A stretch of 50,033 bases of DNA from Gemmatimonadales bacterium (GTDB taxonomy: Bacteria; Gemmatimonadota; Gemmatimonadetes; Gemmatimonadales; GWC2-71-9): NCBI GenBank assembly GCA_038326215.1, contig JBBQJU010000001.1, positions 1 through 50,033 on the forward strand, given 5' to 3'. This document shows, one piece after another, positions 36,399-43,630 of this stretch (within the stretch, counting starts at the first letter, position 1; each line of letters starts with the position of its first letter). The position numbers and the translations under genes were made by a program. The notes beneath the pieces were generated by a model. That model made no database searches. It was not told where the DNA came from and worked only from the letters and a program-made list of their open reading frames with translations.

Positions 36399-37616
36399 AT
36401 GACCAAGGGCAGGGAAGCGATGAAGTGGACCCCGACCCGAGCGGCAGGGCTGGCACGGTTGCAGGCGTTTCTTCCTTCGGCGGGGTACGCGTACACGCGA
36501 GGTCGCAATGTCGACCGCGGCCCCGAGGATCGGTCGAACGTCTCGGCGCTGTCGCCCTGGATTCGTCGGCGGATGATCACCGAGCACGAGGTAGTTGCCG
36601 CCGTGCTCGCGCAGCATGGACTGGTCGCGGCCGAGAAGTTCATCCAGGAGGTGTACTGGCGGACGTACTGGAAGGGCTGGCTTGAGCTGCGGCCCGGCGT
36701 CTGGCGGCGCTTCGAGGACGATCACGCCGCCTTGTCGGCGTCGTGGCAGGGCAACCGGACGCTCGAGGCGGCGAGACGTGGCGAGACGGGGATCGAGGCG
36801 TTCGATCAATGGACCCACGAGTTGCTCGAGACCGGATGGATGCACAACCACGCACGGATGTGGTACGCATCGATCTGGATCTTCACCTTGCGCCTCCCCT
36901 GGCAGCTGGGGGCGGGCCTCTTCTACGACCACCTGCTCGACGCCGATCCGGCCGCGAACACGCTCTCCTGGCGGTGGGTGGCCGGGCTGCAGACGCGCGG
37001 CAAGCACTATCTCGCGCGCGCCGCCAACATCCGCGACAACACGCTGGGCCGGTTCAACCCCAGCGGCCAGGTGGACGAAGACGCCGACCCGATCGTTGAG
37101 GATGCGGCGCTTCCCGCTCCGACCCCGGCGCCGCGTGGGGAGACACCGAGCACCGGGCGTGTGGCCCTGCTCCTGACCGAGGAGGATCTGCATCCGGAGA
37201 GTTGGCCTATGGAGGCCGCCATCACGGACTGCGCGGCGCTGGCCATGCCGCCACACGGCGCCCCCGAGAGCCCCGCCGCAGCATTCAGCCGGGGTGCCCT
37301 CGCCGATGCGCTTGGGCGCACGAAGGATGCGTTCGGTCCTGAGGGATTACTTCTGTCGCCTGCAGAAATTGCGGACTGGGCCAGCCGCACCGGCGTGACC
37401 GAAGTCGTGACCGGCTTTGCCGCGGTGGGTCCGATCGCCTGCTGCCTCGATGAGGTGGAACACCGCCTGCAGGCGCAGGGCCAGCGGCTGGTCCGGCTGC
37501 AACGGACCTGGGACACCAACGCCTGGCCACACGCCACGGCGGGATTCTTCAAGGTGAAGGAGCAGATTCCCCGGCTGGTCATGGCGGCGATGGCGGCGGA
37601 GCAGCATCGGCGCTGA
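36399..37616 (+). CDS. Photolyase/cryptochrome FAD-binding-domain protein lacking the N-terminal alpha/beta domain, with ~190-aa C-terminal extension
   Basis: ORF 36288..37616(+). The start is ATG 36399 or 36420. NVSALSPWIRRRMIT, QEVYWRTYW, GWMHNHARMWYASIW and YDHLLDADPAANTLSWRWVAGL are photolyase FAD_binding_7 signatures, and they begin within ~15 residues of the N-terminus. Confidence 0.75.
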   Translation: MTKGREAMKWTPTRAAGLARLQAFLPSAGYAYTRGRNVDRGPEDRSNVSALSPWIRRRMITEHEVVAAVLAQHGLVAAEKFIQEVYWRTYWKGWLELRPGVWRRFEDDHAALSASWQGNRTLEAARRGETGIEAFDQWTHELLETGWMHNHARMWYASIWIFTLRLPWQLGAGLFYDHLLDADPAANTLSWRWVAGLQTRGKHYLARAANIRDNTLGRFNPSGQVDEDADPIVEDAALPAPTPAPRGETPSTGRVALLLTEEDLHPESWPMEAAITDCAALAMPPHGAPESPAAAFSRGALADALGRTKDAFGPEGLLLSPAEIADWASRTGVTEVVTGFAAVGPIACCLDEVEHRLQAQGQRLVRLQRTWDTNAWPHATAGFFKVKEQIPRLVMAAMAAEQHRR

Positions 37617-37734
37617 CCGGGCGCTCCGAGCGGATGACGGCCCGCCATCACCGGCCGGCCCCCCTCGATTTGACGATTGGTTGATTTGGTGGGACTATCA
37701 TGAAAGCGTCCCCCCTCGCGGAGTGTCCCCCCGG

Positions 37735-40700
37735 ATGGCCCCCTTCCGACTCAGCTGCCTCGGTCCGCCGATCCTCTATGGCCCGGACGGCGACCCGATC
37801 CGTTTCCGGACCCGGAAGCACTTCGCCCTGCTCCTCTATCTCGCGGTGGAGCCCGGCATCCCGCTCCGCCGGGACCGACTCGCCACCCTGCTCTGGTCCG
37901 GCGCCGACGTCGACGAGGCGCGCCACTCGCTGGCCACCGCCCTCTCCATGATCCGCGGCCGCCTCGGCGCCGAACTGCTGGATACTGACCGCGACACCGT
38001 GCGCCTGATGCCCGGGCGGGTGGTGACCGACCTCCAGAGCCTCGACCACCACGATCCGGAAGAAATCGACGAGGGCCCGCTCGGCCCGTTCCTCGAGGAA
38101 TTCGACATTCCCGATGCGGTCGATTTCCAGCAGTGGAAGGATGGCCAGCACGCCCGGCTCCTCCCCGCGATCCATACCGCGATGGCGTCGCGCATCGAGC
38201 AGAGCCGGCGCCGTGGCGACTCGCGCCGGATGGAAATTCTCGGCCATCGACTCCAGCGCATCGACGAACTCTCCGAAGAGGCGGCACGCGCCGTCCTCGA
38301 AGCCCGGGCGATGGCGGGCGATCGCATTGGCGCCCTGCGCTCCTTCGACCGCTGGCGTGCGCGGCTCGCCGATGAACTCGGTGCGCATCCCTCGGCCCAA
38401 CTCGAACGGATGGCGGAGCGGCTGCGGCGCGGCGGGTGGCAGCGACCCACGATCGCGTTGCTGGCGCCGGTGCCGACCGAGCAGTGGAAGGAACGGAGCT
38501 TTGTCGGTCGTGGCGCCGAGTTCCGGACGTGCTACGATCGCTGGGAGCGCGTGCAGCGCGGCGAACCGCAACATCTGCTGGTCCGCGGCGAGAGTGGCAT
38601 CGGCAAGACGACGCTGGTGGAGCGGCTCACGACCTCGATGGCGCTCGAGGGCGCCAGCGTGGCGCGCGTCCAGTGCTATGAGCTCGAGCGTGAACTCCCG
38701 TTCGGTGTGACGGGCTCGGTGGTGAATCATCTGCTCGATCTGCCGGGCGCCGGGGCGACGCCTCCCGGGCAGTTGGCCGAGCTCGGCCGACTCTCGGCGA
38801 AGGTGCGCCAGCGCTATCCCTCGCTGCCCGCACCGATCGAGACCACCGGCGAGAGCGCACGGATCCTCTACACCGAAGCGGTGATGGCGCTCATCTCGGC
38901 AGTGGCCGAGGAGCATCCGGTCGTCCTCGTGATCGACGACATCCACTTGGCCGATGCAACGTCACTCACCGTGCTGCACCTCATGCTGCGCCGACTGGAG
39001 GCGTTGCCGTTGATGGTGATGCTGACGGCGTCGAGTGCGCCGGAGGCGGAGACGCCGAGCACGCGCCGTTTCCAGGAGAATGCGGTCTCGCTGAATCTGG
39101 CGCCGCTGGTACTCGGGCCGCTGACCGATGGCGAGTCGGCGGAGTTGCTTGAGCATCTCGTCGCCGCGACCGGCGACCCAGGCCCATCCATTCGCCGGGC
39201 GATTCTGGCCGGCGGCCGGGGCAACCCGATGGTGCTGGAACTGCTGGTGGGCGATTGGCGGCGGCGGGGCGATGGTTGCCTGGCGCTCTCGGTCAGCGCG
39301 ATGACGGCGCGGGCCGAGCGGCCGCCGAAGGAGACCTTTCAGCGGCTGGTCGAGGGGACGCTGGCGGCACTCACTGGCGAGGAGCGCTCGGTGGTCGAGC
39401 TCGCGGCGATCCTCGGGCAGCGGCTCAACGATCTCACGATGTACACGATGGTCGACCTGCCGGTGACGCGAACGATGCGCGCGATGGCGTCGCTCACCGG
39501 GCACCGGATCCTCCGCGACGCGGGCAGCCATCTGGAGTTCGCGAACGAGTTCATGCGCGGGCAGTGCTACGTGGGGACGGCGGCCCCGCTCCGGCGGATG
39601 CTGCACGGGCTGGTCGCGGAGCGGCTGTTGCTGGCCGATGGCGGCGACGAGGCGATCCCCGGGCTGGAGATTGCGTGGCATCTGGTGCGGGCGGACCGGT
39701 TGCACGAGGCCATCCCTTTCCTGTTGGCTGGTGGCAAGGAATCAATCCGGCGTGGCGCGCCACATGAGGCCGACCTGGCGCTCTCGACCGGTCTGCCGGC
39801 ACTCACTGGGCAACCGCGGCGCACCGCGATCCTGCTCTTGGCGGAGGCGCAGCAGGAACTGGGGCGGTGGGGCGATTCGCTGCGCCTGCTGGACGAGGCG
39901 GTGGAGCCGTTCTCGGAATCGGAGGAGTGCTGTCGGGAGGTGTTGCGGATTGTAGCGAGAAGGTGGCTGGGATACCTAACGCCGACTTCAATCCCTTTCG
40001 AGACCGACACGCTACTCGGAATTGCCGAGGGCTCGAGCGAGATGGAAGTTCGGGTGAAGGCCATGGCAGCTTGTGTCCGTGTGCTTGGTATCACAAGAGA
40101 ACCGGATCGTATTGCCCGCCTGACCACAATCGCCGCGTCGCTCGCCCCTATGGAAATGGACGGCTTCGAGCGGCTCCATGTGAGTTTCGTAGAGGCATGG
40201 CTCGCAGGGCATCGTCGCGAGATCGAGCACGCGTTGGCCTTGCTCGACGATGCAATTTGCCTTGCAAGTCGACTGAATGTTGCAAGCTCAATCAAGGTGC
40301 GATTGCTTATCGGCAAGGGCAACCTACTCTCAATTTTGGGACGGTATGGGGAAGCAGCAGCCCCGCTCTTTGAGGCGCACATCGGTGCCACCAGACTCGA
40401 CAATCGCACGCTCATAGGGGAATGTGCTGCCCAACTTGCCTTGGTGGAAGGAAGACTAGGACAACATATCGCGCAGGTTGATTGGGCGCGGAAAGCCATC
40501 GCGGCGTTCCCTGTTGGGGAGTGCAGCGCTTCGGTGGTTGGGGCCAACTACGAGCTTGGGCTAGGGCTTGCGAGTCAGGAGCGATTCGGAGAAGCGGCTG
40601 CAAGCGTCCTGGAGCGTAAGAGCCGAGTGACAACCCAAGTCCCGGCTTGGTTGAGGCAAGCCTCACTCCTGAGCGATGCGGATATTCTGGCGTTGGCCGG

Positions 40701-41052
40701 GCATGATCGACGCGCTAAACACCTCGCTAGGCAGGCTACAACAGGCACACTCGCAAATCTTCAAGACAAAGCGCACGCAGGATTGTACGCCCGATGGATC
40801 GCGCTTCTGAATCGAGAGAGCGTTGATCAGTCAGAGCCTGTGAGGTTGGTCGCAGAGTTAGTTGCGGACATCAATTCATTCGACCCGAAGGACCAGGCAG
40901 AGATCCTTGCTGCCCATGCACTCTTAGTCGATTGGGGGGCTGATCAAGCATCGGATCGATGGGGTGCAGTGCGAGAGCAGCTAAAACGGCTCCCAGCAAG
41001 CGTTGAGACGCTAATGCGGCGGCTTGGGACAATGCCGAAGAACGGAGCCTAG
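37735..41052 (+). CDS. SARP/AfsR-like STAND regulator: winged-helix + BTAD + P-loop NTPase + helical-repeat C-terminus (1105 aa)
   Basis: ORF 37681..41052(+), ATG at 37735. N-terminus: FRLSCLGPPILYGPDG...RTRKHFALLLYLAVEPG...RDRLATLLW (OmpR/SARP wHTH). BTAD wording: AVLEARAMAGDRIGALRSFDRWRARLADELGAHPS. Walker A: VRGESGIGKTT. Walker B: VVLVIDDIHLAD. Long alpha-helical C-terminus. Confidence 0.8.
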   Translation: MAPFRLSCLGPPILYGPDGDPIRFRTRKHFALLLYLAVEPGIPLRRDRLATLLWSGADVDEARHSLATALSMIRGRLGAELLDTDRDTVRLMPGRVVTDLQSLDHHDPEEIDEGPLGPFLEEFDIPDAVDFQQWKDGQHARLLPAIHTAMASRIEQSRRRGDSRRMEILGHRLQRIDELSEEAARAVLEARAMAGDRIGALRSFDRWRARLADELGAHPSAQLERMAERLRRGGWQRPTIALLAPVPTEQWKERSFVGRGAEFRTCYDRWERVQRGEPQHLLVRGESGIGKTTLVERLTTSMALEGASVARVQCYELERELPFGVTGSVVNHLLDLPGAGATPPGQLAELGRLSAKVRQRYPSLPAPIETTGESARILYTEAVMALISAVAEEHPVVLVIDDIHLADATSLTVLHLMLRRLEALPLMVMLTASSAPEAETPSTRRFQENAVSLNLAPLVLGPLTDGESAELLEHLVAATGDPGPSIRRAILAGGRGNPMVLELLVGDWRRRGDGCLALSVSAMTARAERPPKETFQRLVEGTLAALTGEERSVVELAAILGQRLNDLTMYTMVDLPVTRTMRAMASLTGHRILRDAGSHLEFANEFMRGQCYVGTAAPLRRMLHGLVAERLLLADGGDEAIPGLEIAWHLVRADRLHEAIPFLLAGGKESIRRGAPHEADLALSTGLPALTGQPRRTAILLLAEAQQELGRWGDSLRLLDEAVEPFSESEECCREVLRIVARRWLGYLTPTSIPFETDTLLGIAEGSSEMEVRVKAMAACVRVLGITREPDRIARLTTIAASLAPMEMDGFERLHVSFVEAWLAGHRREIEHALALLDDAICLASRLNVASSIKVRLLIGKGNLLSILGRYGEAAAPLFEAHIGATRLDNRTLIGECAAQLALVEGRLGQHIAQVDWARKAIAAFPVGECSASVVGANYELGLGLASQERFGEAAASVLERKSRVTTQVPAWLRQASLLSDADILALAGHDRRAKHLARQATTGTLANLQDKAHAGLYARWIALLNRESVDQSEPVRLVAELVADINSFDPKDQAEILAAHALLVDWGADQASDRWGAVREQLKRLPASVETLMRRLGTMPKNGA

Positions 41053-42515
41053 CCCCCGCCCTTCCCTTGGCCCATTTCGCCCCCTCCCGTCCGGTGCGCT
41101 GCCAACCGCGTAGCGCGCGTGCGCACCCTCGGCTTCGCTAGCGCTTCGGGGATAGTAGTCGGATCGGAGATCAGTCGGCGCACAGTTACCGAGTTCACGG
41201 TAAGCTCAACCAATTCGCTGTCGAACTGAGTCCCGCTGCACTTATGAAGCTCCGACACGACCGCCTCTAGACTAAGTGCGTTACGGTAAGGCCGGTTTGT
41301 GGTCATCGCATCAATCGTATCTGCGATTGTGATAATCCGAGCTCCAAGCGGAATCTCACGGGCTGCAATACCGTCAGGGTACCCACGGCCATCCCACCGT
41401 TCGTGGTGGTGCCGAACGCACGAAACGACGTAGCCTTGGAATCTCGAGAAGAGCGACACCAGGTCGGCGCTCCTGGCCGAGTGGGTCTTCATGACTTCCC
41501 ACTCCTCATCCGTAAGCTTCCCTTCCTTCTGAAGGAGGGGAGCGAATTCGGCGTGAATTTTCCCTACGTCATGCAACAATGCCGCGTTTTCGATGTCCTC
41601 AATCTCGTCCAGCGACAGCCCTAGATCGACAGCGATGGCACGGGAAAGACCAGACACACGCCGAGAGTGACCGGAGGTGTATGGGTCACGGGCTTCGATC
41701 GCCTTCACCATCATCGCCAGCTGCTCTCGAACATTCAGTTCAAGCTGCTCGTAGGCGCTATCAAGTTCGCTATATAACCCTTCAACTTCGTTCAACTTGT
41801 TATAGATGTGACGCACACCGATGAGCGGAAGAACGAGCACAAGAAATCCGAATCTCTCAAGCCCACTCCCGGTGTTGCTCTTGACGAACACGAAGGCAAC
41901 GACCAAGGAAAGTAGGCTCGCGGCCATATCATACCCGAGCACCCAGACCGTGTTCGCCCGCCATGTAGACCATAGCGGCCGCTTCGATGCGAGCGCGACG
42001 ACAGTGTTGACCGCGATCGAATTCACAATGAAATAGACCACAGCCGAGGCGAGGTACACCGCGATTTCTCGAAGCGCAAACTCAAAACTGACTGGACCAG
42101 CGGGCGTAGGAGGTGAGAGAAACAATGGCGGATTCTGCCCACCAAGCCAATGGTACACCGAAAATGTTAGTGTGACGCTAAGTACGCGCTCCGATGTATT
42201 GAAGATCGCCTTGATGACGTTCGTTCGCTGATATGCTTGTGAGAGTGCTTTGACAACGCCAGCGGCGAGGCCTCCCCACATGCCCCCAAGAACGAGTCCA
42301 ATCGCAAGGTGGAATACGAACACCAACGACCCACCGACCCCTCCCTGAACACTGCGCGTACCTGATATCTCCAACAGGAAACCGACGAGCACCAATGAAA
42401 ACAGCGCCCACGCGGTGATTGGCGGCGGCCCGAGAGTGCTCGTGTATCCGAGCATCGCGACCGCTGCAATGACCATGAAGGCGATGTAGGTGCTAACCGA
42501 CCGATTGAAAGACAT
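41049..42515 (-). CDS. Membrane-anchored HD-GYP domain c-di-GMP phosphodiesterase
   Basis: ORF 41049..42515(-), ATG start. About 230-aa multi-pass membrane N-terminus, then HD-GYP: GHSRRV, LLHDVGKI, HHERWDGRGYPDG, DTIDAMT. Its stop codon overlaps the convergent regulator stop (CTAG at 41049-41052). Confidence 0.9.
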   Translation of the reverse strand: MSFNRSVSTYIAFMVIAAVAMLGYTSTLGPPPITAWALFSLVLVGFLLEISGTRSVQGGVGGSLVFVFHLAIGLVLGGMWGGLAAGVVKALSQAYQRTNVIKAIFNTSERVLSVTLTFSVYHWLGGQNPPLFLSPPTPAGPVSFEFALREIAVYLASAVVYFIVNSIAVNTVVALASKRPLWSTWRANTVWVLGYDMAASLLSLVVAFVFVKSNTGSGLERFGFLVLVLPLIGVRHIYNKLNEVEGLYSELDSAYEQLELNVREQLAMMVKAIEARDPYTSGHSRRVSGLSRAIAVDLGLSLDEIEDIENAALLHDVGKIHAEFAPLLQKEGKLTDEEWEVMKTHSARSADLVSLFSRFQGYVVSCVRHHHERWDGRGYPDGIAAREIPLGARIITIADTIDAMTTNRPYRNALSLEAVVSELHKCSGTQFDSELVELTVNSVTVRRLISDPTTIPEALAKPRVRTRATRLAAHRTGGGEMGQGKGGG

Positions 42516-42796
42516 AAGACAAGGAAAGAAGAACCGTTAGTTACCGATTTAGACCCAGGTTTGCGTCTCCGCGAGGAAAATACTCGCGATGAAGTCGACG
42601 GCCGCAGCCAACCACTCCAGCATATGCGTCACCTCCTCTCCGGTCAATCAGTTACTTCTGGAGGTGGCAGACCCCGCTATGGTCCACCAGACGCTTCGCT
42701 TTGTCGACCGCTCGGCTCCGCTCTTGGTATCGGATCCCTATCGATTCTTCTCCCCGTACTCCTTCTGGTGCGCCCTGGTGCACCGGTTACTGGTTA

Positions 42797-42821
42797 CTGG
42801 TCACGGCTTCCGTGTGACCAG
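42797..42821 (-). terminator. Stem-loop 21 nt downstream of the 42842 gene
   Basis: ctggtcac / ggcttccgt / gtgaccag is an 8-bp perfect stem. No clear U-tract follows on the minus strand (followed by UAACCAGUAACC). Confidence 0.4.
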
Positions 42822-42841
42822 GCATTTCCAACAGTTCTGCG

Positions 42842-43603
42842 CTACCGTCCCCGCCGCGTCCCGAACCACCGGTTCGTCGCGTCGAGGACCGCATACACTG
42901 CCGCGTGCTCGGCACTCTCAATCACTTCGGCGGTCCCCACGAGCAACTTCGCTTCGCGTCCGCCCACCGTGTGCACGCCCACCATCACATAGGTCCGGCC
43001 GAAGGCGTCCTGAATCGTCGCCCCCTCCAGTACCAGCGAATACTTGTCCGCCAGCCGTTCCAGCACCGCGACCGCGGCACGCGCCGCCGTCTCGACCTTG
43101 TTCCGCGCGGTGTCCGGTCCTTCCTCGGTGGCCGACTCGAGCCGACCCTCGCAGGAGAGTGTCACTGTCGCCGAGACTTTCCGCTTCCCCGACGCCTGGG
43201 CCATCACCAGGTCATCGAACAACACCATCCGCTTCACCAAGCCGTCCTGCGCCGGCACAGCCACCATCGTCGGCTGCGACGCATCGATCGGGCGGACATC
43301 GGCGGTCTGCGCGACCGAGATCTTCCGGTGATCAACCCGCAACCCGAGGTGGGCCAGCAACGCCGACTCGACGTTCCGGACCACCTGCTTCGGGGCCTGC
43401 CCCGCCTGTGCCAGGATGTGGATCTCGCTCACCTCGCCGAGCGGCGTCGTCACCACGCGCGCGGAGAGGACGCCCTCGAGCGACGTCAGGAGATTCTCGG
43501 CCCGGCGCACGCCCCAGGGATCGGTCGCCGGATCGATCGGCGAGCCACCCGGCCGGGAAGCCGAAGCATCGAAGAACTGCGAGGGTGAAGCGGTCACGGG
43601 CAT
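42842..43603 (-). CDS. Hypothetical two-domain protein (unknown function), co-oriented 27 nt downstream of the diguanylate cyclase
   Basis: ORF 42842..43627(-). The track start is TTG; the first ATG is at 43603 (MPVTASPSQ...). Third-position GC is 19/20 in 43081-43140 for this frame, which is strongly coding. I recognise no family. Confidence 0.65.
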   Translation of the reverse strand: MPVTASPSQFFDASASRPGGSPIDPATDPWGVRRAENLLTSLEGVLSARVVTTPLGEVSEIHILAQAGQAPKQVVRNVESALLAHLGLRVDHRKISVAQTADVRPIDASQPTMVAVPAQDGLVKRMVLFDDLVMAQASGKRKVSATVTLSCEGRLESATEEGPDTARNKVETAARAAVAVLERLADKYSLVLEGATIQDAFGRTYVMVGVHTVGGREAKLLVGTAEVIESAEHAAVYAVLDATNRWFGTRRGR

Positions 43604-43630
43604 GCCTCGTGGTGAACGGTCGTGCAAACG

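Noticed and set aside
42552-42600. Possible c-di-GMP-I (GEMM-I) riboswitch upstream of the HD-GYP gene, prompted by GAGACGCAAACCUGGG resembling the conserved GGGACGCAAAGCC segment.
   Set aside because: The first conserved half (CAGGGCAAACC with a GAAA tetraloop hairpin) and the P1/P2 architecture are not present. One short similarity is insufficient. A covariance-model scan (Rfam RF01051/RF01786) would settle it.
39900-42850. Mobile element, integrase or transposase flanking the low-GC patch or the yceI duplication.
   Set aside because: No ORF in any frame shows DDE, tyrosine or serine recombinase signatures. I found no terminal inverted or direct repeats at the patch boundaries. Horizontal origin therefore remains compositional inference only.
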